Below are positions 45,489-54,291 of a DNA stretch of 64,000 nucleotides, one piece after another. The position numbers and the translations under genes were made by a program. The notes below the pieces were generated by a model that worked only from the letters and a program-made list of their open reading frames with translations, was not told the origin of the DNA and made no database searches. Source of the stretch: Myxococcota bacterium (lineage in GTDB: Bacteria; Myxococcota_A; UBA796; JAFGLY01); contig JAJRWT010000046.1 of the NCBI GenBank assembly GCA_024276675.1, forward strand, positions 17,433 through 81,432, given 5' to 3'. Position 1 is the first letter of the stretch; the number at the start of each line of letters is the position of its first letter.

Positions 45489-46859
45489 ATGAATAGTGGC
45501 CCAAGCAGATTGCCCGGCGGTCCGCCAGGTGTAGCCGGCTCTGAACCCTTGGTACTGGGCGCCGGACCAGCGGGGCTTTCCTTTGCATGGCTGGCCAGGC
45601 GTTCCGGCATGAACCCCCTGGTAATCGAAAAGACATCCAGAATCGGAGGCATGGGGCGCACCTTCACCCATGGCGCCCACAGGCACGACTGCGGTGCCCA
45701 TCGCTTCCACGATCAGAATCCCGTGGTCACCGACCTGCTTCGGTCCCAACTTGGCATCCGCTTCAGTCCCGTCCAACGACCGAGCTGCATTCTGGACAGA
45801 GGGCAGACCTTCCATTTCCCCCCCTCTCCCCGCGACATGCTCCTGGGCGCCGGCCTCGGTCACCTGCCCCACACCATCCTGGAGTTCTTGAAGACCCGCG
45901 GACCCATCTCACCGCCGGCCAACTTCCAGGAGGCCGTGGAGTCCACCTTCGGCCCCACCCTGGCGAGCAGGTTTCTGCTTCCCTACACCGAAAAGCTGTG
46001 GGGCCTGCCCGGGCACCAGCTATCTCCCCGGGTTGCCACTGCCCGCCTTTCGGGGTTCCGCCTTCGAGAAGTCCTGGCCCAGCTCAGGGCCTGGCCAGGC
46101 AGACCAGCCTTCCATATCGAGGGTTCTTTCCTGTACCCCGCCACCGGCATCGGCGAAATCGTGGAAGCCATGGCCTCCAGCCTCGGCCCCGGCAGCATCG
46201 TCACCAGGGCCATCCCCGATACCCTGCTCACAAGAGAAGGGCGTGTCATCGCCCTGCGCCTGCGTGACGGCCGGCTCATTCCCGTGGGTGGACCGATCAT
46301 CTCCACCATGCCTCTTCCAGAGTTGTTGGCGGCCCTTGGCGACGCCCTGCCCGACTCGCTGCGCAGGGGCGGACCGGAGCTGCGTTTTCGTGCGCTCAGG
46401 TTGGTTTTTCTGGTTCTCGACCAGCCTGGTTTGACCCAGCACGCCACCATTTACTTTCCCTCGAGGCGAATATGTTTCACCAGGGTCTCCGAACCACGCA
46501 ACCGCTCCCCGGCCATGGCTGCCCCGGGGCAGACGGGCTTGCTGGTGGAAGTTCCCTGCTTCGAGGGCGACCATTTATATGATCTGCCAGCCCGCCAGCT
46601 CGTCGCCAGGGTATTGCGCGACCTGGTACACGTGGGACTACTGAACCCTGCCAGGGTGCTTTCGTGGAGCCACCATTTGCTCCCCCATGCCTACCCGGTC
46701 CAATCCACCGGAATCGAGCAGCGGCGCGCCCGGATCCTCGATGCCCTCTCCTCCCTACGCAACCTCCACCTGCTGGGGCGCAGCGGGCGTTTCCTGTATG
46801 GCCACCTGCACGACCAGGTCTCGGCAGCCGCCAGGCTCGTGTCTTCCATGACTCGTTGA
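45489..46859 (+). CDS. FAD/NAD(P)-binding oxidoreductase, paralog of 26182-27630
   Basis: LVLGAGPAGLSFAWLARRSGMNPLVIEKTSRIGGMGRT...GAHRFH parallels IMGAGPAGLTAAY...VGGICRT...GGHRFF in the paralog. Confidence 0.7.
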   Translation: MNSGPSRLPGGPPGVAGSEPLVLGAGPAGLSFAWLARRSGMNPLVIEKTSRIGGMGRTFTHGAHRHDCGAHRFHDQNPVVTDLLRSQLGIRFSPVQRPSCILDRGQTFHFPPSPRDMLLGAGLGHLPHTILEFLKTRGPISPPANFQEAVESTFGPTLASRFLLPYTEKLWGLPGHQLSPRVATARLSGFRLREVLAQLRAWPGRPAFHIEGSFLYPATGIGEIVEAMASSLGPGSIVTRAIPDTLLTREGRVIALRLRDGRLIPVGGPIISTMPLPELLAALGDALPDSLRRGGPELRFRALRLVFLVLDQPGLTQHATIYFPSRRICFTRVSEPRNRSPAMAAPGQTGLLVEVPCFEGDHLYDLPARQLVARVLRDLVHVGLLNPARVLSWSHHLLPHAYPVQSTGIEQRRARILDALSSLRNLHLLGRSGRFLYGHLHDQVSAAARLVSSMTR

Positions 46860-46926
46860 CAGGCGACGGCAGGCAGCAGCAGGGATGATTCCCGGAGCTG
46901 CTCCTCGGGGCCCTTTCCGGCGGCTG

Positions 46927-48138
46927 CTATCCCCCCATGGCGAAGTCCAGGAGATCGTCGTACGAGCCGTTGAAGATATCCATGTCCACGTTGCCGTAGA
47001 TTCCAGGGATGGATCCCGAGTCGCTGCTCTGCCAGAAGACCCAGTCGCTCCAGCCATCGGGCAGGACGGGACAGTCCACCTCCCAGTTGGCCACCCACAG
47101 GGGATACTCGGAGAAGTCGTATCCCCCGACCGAGCCGTCCCAGAAGCCCCAGCTCGTGTAGATGATGGGTTTGCGACCGACGGCGTCTTCGACGATGTTC
47201 AGCCACTCCTGCATGTTGGAGATGAGCGAGGAAGCGCAGTCGTCGGTGGTTTCAACATCGATGACCGGGGGCAGGTCGTCGTATTCCAGGTTGCCCATCT
47301 TTTCCAGGAGCAGCTCGGCCTGGGCGCGGGGGTCCTGGCAGGCGCGGAAGTACTGGTAGGCTCCGCGGACGATTCCGTTTGCCCGGGCCTCGTTCCAGTT
47401 GGTGGAAAACTCGGTGTCATCGACGCCGATGCCGTCGGACACGCGAATGAAGGCGAACTCGACCCCGGCGCTTGCAACGGAGGACCAGTCGATGGTGGAT
47501 TGCCAATAGGAGACGTCGATGCCGTTGACGGCAGGTCCGCCGCAGGCGTCGGGCCAGTCGCCGGAGCCCGAGGATGAGCTGTTGTCCAGGGAGCAGCACT
47601 CGCCGTCCGACGACATGTAGTAGGTGTCGGTGTACTCGATGATCAGCACCAGGCCGTCGGCGGTCTGGTTCCTGTTCATGGAGGTGACCTCCATCTCGTG
47701 CTCGAACGAGCCGTCCTGGGTGCAGACCTCTCTGGTCACCCGAATCAACCCCGAGGTCTTGTCGTAGGTGTAGGTGGTGAGGACGTCTTCCGTCGGGGTG
47801 TCGTCTTGGGAATCGGCAAGGCTGGCCACGATGTCGACCACGAACTCGGATGCGTCGGCCAGGTCCTTGGTGGGGGAGACAAGCTCACCTTCCACCTCCC
47901 AGAGGAACTCTCCGTCTTCGACAAAGTCCCCGGAGACATCGTCCAGGTTGTAGTGGTAGTAGTCCTCGGTGCCGGTCCAGCGTATGGCGGGACCGTCGGG
48001 CTCGGTGAGATCGAGTTCCGCGTAACCCTCGACCACCACCATCTGCGTGCAGGGTGGAAGGTCGGTGGGGTAGCCCCCGCCGAACAAGCAGCCGGTGGCA
48101 AGGATGGCGATGAGAGGTATGGTCTTTTCGTTGCGCAT
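46927..48138 (-). CDS. GH25 muramidase (lysozyme) lipoprotein with N-terminal extra domain
   Basis: MRNEKTIPLIAILATGC is a lipobox signal. The C-terminal half VNGIDVSYWQSTIDWSSVASAGVEFAFIRVSDG...ANGIVRGAYQYF matches the GH25 pattern. Confidence 0.8.
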   Translation of the reverse strand: MRNEKTIPLIAILATGCLFGGGYPTDLPPCTQMVVVEGYAELDLTEPDGPAIRWTGTEDYYHYNLDDVSGDFVEDGEFLWEVEGELVSPTKDLADASEFVVDIVASLADSQDDTPTEDVLTTYTYDKTSGLIRVTREVCTQDGSFEHEMEVTSMNRNQTADGLVLIIEYTDTYYMSSDGECCSLDNSSSSGSGDWPDACGGPAVNGIDVSYWQSTIDWSSVASAGVEFAFIRVSDGIGVDDTEFSTNWNEARANGIVRGAYQYFRACQDPRAQAELLLEKMGNLEYDDLPPVIDVETTDDCASSLISNMQEWLNIVEDAVGRKPIIYTSWGFWDGSVGGYDFSEYPLWVANWEVDCPVLPDGWSDWVFWQSSDSGSIPGIYGNVDMDIFNGSYDDLLDFAMGG

Positions 48139-48222
48139 GCTGGAATCCCGTGCGGTCTTGTTTGGTGCCCGGAGTGGTGTTCAGTAGCTTTTCAGGGCTT
48201 TCAAGAGGAAGGAATGATTTGT

Positions 48223-49299
48223 TCAATGGGTAAAGAGGCTGGAGTCCCAGGAGCCGTCTATCTCGGCGAGCCAGGTGGGCAGGGCAGAGCCCGCCAGGTT
48301 GTCGGTGATGCCCGCCAGCCTTGCTCGGTACTCATCCACCATTCCCAGGACCGAGGCCTGGGTGTAGACGGAGGCGGCCGCGCCCGGCACGTAGAGGGGG
48401 CCCGCCATCCACTCGCCGTTGCGGTCGCCGTCGCTGGCCCTGGTGGGTCCGATGCTGCCCTCGAAGGGCTTGGCCACGGCATAGGCCCAGATGGTGTCGT
48501 CGCCTCCCGTTGAGCTGGCGCCGAAGTAGCCGCCGTCGCCCCCGCCCGAAGAATAGGCGAAGTCCAGGAGCTGCTTTCTGGGCGTGCCCTTCACCCGGCC
48601 CTCTACCCAGATCTCGGGCTCGTCGGTGGCCTTGTAGAACCAGGCGTATACGTCGTTTTCCGGATAGATGGGGGGCTCGTAGTTGCAGCCGTCGGGGCCC
48701 GGCACACCCGGCAACCTGGTGTAGTTCAGGGTGACCTGGGCTTGTTGCAGGTTTGCGATGGATGGGAGCGGGAAGCTCAGGCCCCAGACATTGTAGGAGT
48801 AGTCCAGGGTGTAGGTGCCGGGGAAGGTGGGGGAGCCGAAGATGCCGTCCATGAAGCTGGTGAGCGCCCTGGTTCCCGCGAAGTTGCGCTCGGCGGTTTC
48901 CTTGCCGGCGTCCAGGGCGTTGCCAACCGCGCTCTGCCACTCGGCCTTCGCCACGAAGCGGTCAATCTGGACGTCCAGCATCTCCTTGCAGGAGAGGATG
49001 AATACCTCGGCAACGGGATCAGGCTCGTCGGGGATGCAGGTGGCCCAGACGGTGGATGTGAGCACTGTGCGGCAGTAGGCGACGATGTCGGCGATTTCGC
49101 GATTGATCTCCACCAGTTCGTTGAGCACCTGGGCCTCGTTGTAGGCCACGGTGTAGGTGGCCATATCCACGGTGTTCTGCATCCTGATGCGGTCGTTGAT
49201 CACGATTCCGATATTGGTGGCCATGGCAAGGAACAACACGAGGACAAAGAGCAGCAGGGCGATAAACACCGAAGCCTGCCCCTTGCGGCTGTGGCGCAT
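48223..49299 (-). CDS. TadE/TadG-like N-terminal domain (Tad_N) protein
   Basis: MRHSRKGQASVFIALLLFVLVLFLAMATNIGIVINDRIRMQNTVDMA fits the Tad_N pattern (R-G-x-x-V, hydrophobic helix, D-x-G, ...D-x-A). Alternative starts at 49332 and 49473. The remainder is unrecognised. Confidence 0.55.
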   Translation of the reverse strand: MRHSRKGQASVFIALLLFVLVLFLAMATNIGIVINDRIRMQNTVDMATYTVAYNEAQVLNELVEINREIADIVAYCRTVLTSTVWATCIPDEPDPVAEVFILSCKEMLDVQIDRFVAKAEWQSAVGNALDAGKETAERNFAGTRALTSFMDGIFGSPTFPGTYTLDYSYNVWGLSFPLPSIANLQQAQVTLNYTRLPGVPGPDGCNYEPPIYPENDVYAWFYKATDEPEIWVEGRVKGTPRKQLLDFAYSSGGGDGGYFGASSTGGDDTIWAYAVAKPFEGSIGPTRASDGDRNGEWMAGPLYVPGAAASVYTQASVLGMVDEYRARLAGITDNLAGSALPTWLAEIDGSWDSSLFTH

Positions 49300-49718
49300 G
49301 GCTGTGATGGTGGGTGTCAGGCCCTTGCTCATGAGGATGGCTCGCTGTCGGCTGGGAGTCAACTCTTGATTTGATTGTAGCAGGAACCGTGCCGTGAAAA
49401 CCAGCCGAGTTCTGCTCCAAAATGTGCTTTTCATCGTGGGGAGCAGACAACTTGTGGGATAGTCTGGCCCCATGTCGGCTCTTTTGCCCCAGTTGAGAGG
49501 ACTCGCTTCCAGGTTGCAACCGGCCGGCGCAGCCAGACCGGGTTCTGGGCAGCAACATCAAGACGCCACCTGGACCTGTAAAAAACACTACTGTTCCGGT
49601 CCTATCGGCATGGTTAGCGAACTGGATCTGAGATATCGCGTTCAGCGGCCAAAGGTATGCGGCGCTGTGCGGCATATGTACATCGGCCCGCACGTTCACA
49701 CGAGCCAGGAGTTTGTGG

Positions 49719-50270
49719 ATGCCTACCTACGACGCCCGCACATCGGAATGCCACGTATTCACCTTCAAGGAAGGCCTGTTGTCCAAGGTGGCCCATGATC
49801 TGAAGCTCGAATTCAAGCGCTTCAGCATCGAATTGGAGAACGATTCTCCGAGCCTGCGGGCCACTGTGGATCCCTCCTCGCTTCAGGTGGTCTGTGTCAT
49901 GAAGAACGGCAGGGAAGCGCCGGGTACCTTGAGCGAGCGTGACAAGGCCACGGTGCTGAAGTACACACGCAAGGATGTCCTGCATCCCGAACGGCATCCA
50001 GAGATCAGCTTCCAATCCACCAGCATGGAACCGAGCCACGAGGGATTCCGTGTCACCGGCACGCTGACCCTCCACGGCGTTTCCAGGTCCATCCAGGCGG
50101 CAGTGGTCCGCGACGGGGACCGCCTGACCACTACCCTTGAGATCCACCAGCCGGACTACGGGATCAAGCCCTTCTCGGCCATGATGGGCACCATGAAGGT
50201 CAAACCCGATGTGACCGTAAGGATCGCCATCCCCATGGATCGAGCCTGGATGGACCGAATCGGGGCATGA
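49719..50270 (+). CDS. YceI-like domain protein
   Basis: ATG 49719 after AGGAG. ECHVFTFKEGLLSKVAHDLKL...VTGTLTLHGVSRSIQAAV resembles YceI-family strands (TLHGVT...). Confidence 0.6.
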   Translation: MPTYDARTSECHVFTFKEGLLSKVAHDLKLEFKRFSIELENDSPSLRATVDPSSLQVVCVMKNGREAPGTLSERDKATVLKYTRKDVLHPERHPEISFQSTSMEPSHEGFRVTGTLTLHGVSRSIQAAVVRDGDRLTTTLEIHQPDYGIKPFSAMMGTMKVKPDVTVRIAIPMDRAWMDRIGA

Positions 50271-50293
50271 GCAGACCGACGAGCAAGAGAGTG

Positions 50294-50316
50294 CGGCGGG
50301 TGAATCCCGCCGTTTT
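50294..50316 (+). terminator. rho-independent terminator candidate
   Basis: CGGCGGG-TGAAT-CCCGCCG (7-bp GC stem, 5-nt loop) followed by TTTT, 24 nt after the YceI-like stop. It sits between convergent genes. Confidence 0.65.
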
Positions 50317-50332
50317 CAGGTGGCTCCATGGG

Positions 50333-53300
50333 TCATGACGTGGTCCCACCGCGCACTCCCAGTTTTGACTCCAGCTTTTCCATGGCCGCCAGGTAGCTGT
50401 CTATGCGGCCGAGATAGAAGGCCAGCGCACGGTCAAAGCGCTTCCCCACCAGGCCGTCCAGAAACATTCCGGAGATGGCCCGTTTCCGCAAGAGCACCCG
50501 TTGGACTCGGAGCACCATCTTTCGCTCCTCCACGCTGGCCTTCTCGAGAATCTCCCGAAACATGTCCCGCCCCCTCGGCTGGTGGAACCAGAAATACATC
50601 AGGTCCAGGGCGTTGGTGGTGAGCCGCTGGAAGAGGTCGTTGCCGTGACTCTCCAGCGATCGGGCAAGATCGTCGGGTCGTTGCAGCATCTCCAGCACGT
50701 CGTTTTCCGGGAAGATCACCGAAAGCTCCCCAAACACCTCGTTGAGACGATGTAGCTTTTCCTGGTAGTCCACGGCGCGCATGGTCATGTTTCGGCTCCG
50801 ATCCGCCAGGCCCTCTATCACCCCGGCCACCATGTCCGAAGCGAGCTTGGAGATGACAGTGGCCCAGAGCTGTAGCTGGGCATCGGCCACCGCCTCGGTG
50901 ATCCCGCGACTCATGGCCAGGTGGAGGAGGGCGGCGTTGAAGCCGATGGCGATGGGAATGGAGAGGACCGTGCGAAAGAAGTTACCCGCCGCGGCAGCCG
51001 TTGGGAGCCCCCGGAAGAGATTGTGGCTGCTGATATAGACTCCGTTGGCCAGTGCCATCACGGTGTAGAGCAGCAGCGGATTTGTCGCGGTGGTGATGCC
51101 CATGTGATTGGACAGGAGTTGCTGTTTCACCAGCAGGTCCAGCAGTGGCACCGAGAAGCCGGTGAAGAGCAACGAGTCGGCCACCCGGCTCCAGGACACG
51201 AAATCGCGCCATTTCAGCAAGGGGGATCGCACAAGCCCGCCGCCCCCGAGAACGGACTGTACGATGTTGCGAAGCCCGGTGATTCCGAACCAGATAGGAG
51301 CGCCCAGGTAGGCGAGGAGCCACCAATCCTTGGTGGTCAGGAACGTGAGGAAGGCCGGAACCAGGCCGATGACTACCTTGAGGATGTTCTTGATGGGTGT
51401 TCGCAGGTGACGCAGACTGGGCGTATCGCCCCTGTTGGCCACGTGAAGCGCGGTGCATGAAACCAGGCCGTTGTCGCTCTCTTCGGGATGGCCTCCCAAG
51501 GCCGCGATGTTCCCTCTTGGAGCGACATGTGTGGCGTTCTCCCGGGGGAACCACTCCACCCGGCGGTGATACCCCAGCGGCCTCAAGACCGGTGTGTGAC
51601 GCAGGAGATGAAATCCCAACCGCGTCAATGCACCTGTGCCGCCCTTGGGTACCGACAACACCCGCCGACACGCCACGGTGTGGACCGGAAGGAGGCGCCC
51701 CTCGCGTCTTACTTGCTTTCTGGCTCGCCACGGCAGGGTGGATACGGCCACCAAGCCCATGCCGAGGGAGTTCCGAGAGCGCCCCGTGGAATCACTCCCC
51801 AGCCGACTCTTGAGGTGCCCTTCGCGATAGAAACCGATCAACCGTGGAATATCCCGAATTATCTTCTTGATGGCGTGCGCACGATCCTCTCGGTCGGGAT
51901 GCTCGCTCGCCTCCACGCGCTCCAGTAGTGCCAGGCAAAGCCGCTTGGTTTCCAGGATGTTACCCCGGTTGATCACTCGCCTGACCCTACAGATCTGCTC
52001 CTGACGCTCGACCCCCTCGTCTGCCCAGTCCTTGAGGTTGAAGATCTCGATGTGGGTGATACGCCCCTCCGCCAGGTAGAGGATTTCCAGCACTTCTTCG
52101 GGCTCCAGGCCGGATGCATTGAGGATGGTGCGATTCCCACGGGGCGCGCCCTCAAAGCGGTCGAGAAGCGCGGGGATGTCGAGCCGCAAGAGTTCCGGGA
52201 CATGGTCGCCGTGGACCTGGAGCGCCGGGTCCGGAAGCTGTGGGTTGGCCTGCGTGGAGAGAAATCGCTCGGCGATGGTTTCCGGTACCATGCGATTCAT
52301 GGCATCCACCCGTTCTTCAGGGGAGATACCCGTGGTGGCGACGGCCTCGGCGCCTTTTCCCTGAAGCTCCGCCACGCGTCGCTCCAGGTGAGGCAGCAGC
52401 GAGGCGTGAATGAACTCGGCCAGGTGCAGGCGCGAGGTTTGTCCGGCCCCCACGAAAGCACGGAATGCGCTCTCTTCGAGGGGGGGGAGCGAGATGCCAA
52501 GCTCCGCGTTGAGTCCGGGAAGGTGGCGCTCGTTGAAGCTGCGTAGCAAGGCGTAGTACTGACGCTCACGGAAGCGGGAGACATCTCGCCCCTGCTCCAT
52601 GAGCTTGCGCGTGCCGGGTTCTTCCAGGAACGCTACGAAGTCTTCGTTGCTGTGAAAGCCCCGAGGGGCCCAGATGAGATGTACGTAACGGCCCCGGTAG
52701 AGGGCAGGGAGTTCCACTCCCGTGCGGAGATGAACGTCCATGATGTTGGCCGCTTCCAGCAGCTCGGATACCGCGTTTCGCGTGAAGTGGTTGTAGTAGA
52801 TCACCCCCAGGTGGCGGATCCCTTTGATCCATGCGTCCATGATCAGATGTGTCGGAGTCTTGCGCCCCTTGGAGTTGGCGTCGTGAACGTGGAAGTCGAA
52901 GGCCATCTGGTTCCACTCCTCCGGCATCTCCAGCAGATGGTGGCGACTCAGGGCCCAACGCACAAAACGAGGGCGACCAGCCGCGGCCGCCTTGAAGTCG
53001 TTGGCGAGTTCCAGTTGGCGCAAAGGGTCGTCCTGGCAGCGCACAAGCTCTTTCATGGTCTGGAGCAACACCCGGGCCGTGTTCATGCACATGGACGTGC
53101 TGTCGCTATGGAGTACTTCGGCTCTTACCGCACGCAATGTCCGAAGCCGCTCTTCGGCGCTCTCTCCCTCCAGGCTGCGGATCAAATCAAACACCGCCAC
53201 GGCGATGCGGAGCGACCTGGGGGCGGCAAGCTCCTTGATGCCCCGTGGATGCAAGGTAGGGGCGAAGAGACGTCGGAGCTGTTTTTTCTGCTTCTCCCCG

Positions 53301-53377
53301 CTCAAGAGGGGGTCGAGCACGTCCAAGAGATCAAACTCATCAGTGTCAAAATACAGAGGATGACGATGAAATTCCAT
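50333..53377 (-). CDS. large orphan protein: ~640-aa cytoplasmic region plus C-terminal polytopic membrane domain
   Basis: 1014-aa ORF with coding-like composition. Hydrophobic segments start near ILKVVIGLVPAFLTFL...YLGAPIWFGITGL. The last ~150 aa are soluble again. I recognise no family motif. Confidence 0.7.
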   Translation of the reverse strand: MEFHRHPLYFDTDEFDLLDVLDPLLSGEKQKKQLRRLFAPTLHPRGIKELAAPRSLRIAVAVFDLIRSLEGESAEERLRTLRAVRAEVLHSDSTSMCMNTARVLLQTMKELVRCQDDPLRQLELANDFKAAAAGRPRFVRWALSRHHLLEMPEEWNQMAFDFHVHDANSKGRKTPTHLIMDAWIKGIRHLGVIYYNHFTRNAVSELLEAANIMDVHLRTGVELPALYRGRYVHLIWAPRGFHSNEDFVAFLEEPGTRKLMEQGRDVSRFRERQYYALLRSFNERHLPGLNAELGISLPPLEESAFRAFVGAGQTSRLHLAEFIHASLLPHLERRVAELQGKGAEAVATTGISPEERVDAMNRMVPETIAERFLSTQANPQLPDPALQVHGDHVPELLRLDIPALLDRFEGAPRGNRTILNASGLEPEEVLEILYLAEGRITHIEIFNLKDWADEGVERQEQICRVRRVINRGNILETKRLCLALLERVEASEHPDREDRAHAIKKIIRDIPRLIGFYREGHLKSRLGSDSTGRSRNSLGMGLVAVSTLPWRARKQVRREGRLLPVHTVACRRVLSVPKGGTGALTRLGFHLLRHTPVLRPLGYHRRVEWFPRENATHVAPRGNIAALGGHPEESDNGLVSCTALHVANRGDTPSLRHLRTPIKNILKVVIGLVPAFLTFLTTKDWWLLAYLGAPIWFGITGLRNIVQSVLGGGGLVRSPLLKWRDFVSWSRVADSLLFTGFSVPLLDLLVKQQLLSNHMGITTATNPLLLYTVMALANGVYISSHNLFRGLPTAAAAGNFFRTVLSIPIAIGFNAALLHLAMSRGITEAVADAQLQLWATVISKLASDMVAGVIEGLADRSRNMTMRAVDYQEKLHRLNEVFGELSVIFPENDVLEMLQRPDDLARSLESHGNDLFQRLTTNALDLMYFWFHQPRGRDMFREILEKASVEERKMVLRVQRVLLRKRAISGMFLDGLVGKRFDRALAFYLGRIDSYLAAMEKLESKLGVRGGTTS

Positions 53378-53615
53378 GCAGTCCGCTTCCTTCTGGAGAA
53401 TCCTGAACTCGCTGATTCTACTCCACCTGTATGCTACCGGTTGGCAAAACGCAGCGATCTCGCCTCTTCAGCCCGAAAACGCCCAGTGCCGCCACCGAGA
53501 CATCTGTGTCCTGGATCCATGGCCCGCAGAATCTTCGCTACGGCGATCTTGCATGATGAAAACCGATCTTGCCGTTGGCAGACAACTTGCATCAGTGTTG
53601 CCATCGGAGGTGCTC

Positions 53616-54137
53616 ATGATCATCCTGTCCCTGTTGCTCATTCTCGTCTCTCCCCTCGAAGCCGCCCCCGGGGGACCGCTCCTGGACCTGACCGTCCAGG
53701 GCTACGGTGGTCTGGGCCTGCCCCTGTCCCGCGGGTCGGGCGCCGACTTGTTGGCTCGGGCTGGCGGGGCCTTCACCGGGTGGATCAGCCCGCACGTTGG
53801 CTTGGGGATTCGCGCCGACTCCGGCACCTACGGCGTATTCGACGATGAGGGGAACATCTTCCTGTTCGCGGAAGGTCGCTATCGACCCCCTGCTGGGCCG
53901 TTTGCGCTGGGCCTGGGCGTGGGTACGCCCCTGGTCTGGGTGGAATACCAGTGCGAAGGCAATTCGTGTGTCGAGGGCCCGTGGGAGTACCATGATCCCA
54001 TCTTCACGGCGAGCGCCACCTGGGAGCGGCATCTCAGCCGGCTGCACCTTCCCCTGTCGCTGCGCGTGGAAGCGAGCAAGGTGCGTCTCGGCCTGGGACT
54101 GGACGTGGGAATCGGCTGGCGCTTCCGCCGGCGCTGA
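53616..54137 (+). CDS. small exported protein (possibly beta-barrel), hypothetical
   Basis: ATG 53616 lies 5 nt after GGAGG. Signal peptide MIILSLLLILVSPLEA-AP. Gly/aromatic-rich strands. Confidence 0.55.
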   Translation: MIILSLLLILVSPLEAAPGGPLLDLTVQGYGGLGLPLSRGSGADLLARAGGAFTGWISPHVGLGIRADSGTYGVFDDEGNIFLFAEGRYRPPAGPFALGLGVGTPLVWVEYQCEGNSCVEGPWEYHDPIFTASATWERHLSRLHLPLSLRVEASKVRLGLGLDVGIGWRFRRR

Positions 54138-54291
54138 GAGGCTGCACTTGAAGTGCAGGCGCTTCGCGTAACAGGGTGCCTGCACTCCTGCCTGCGAAAT
54201 ACGACCCAGCACCAGCCGGCCAACCGATCGTGGCGCGCTCGCGGGCAATCCACCTGGACCGTCGGGTTATCCTGTCTGACAGGAGGATTCC

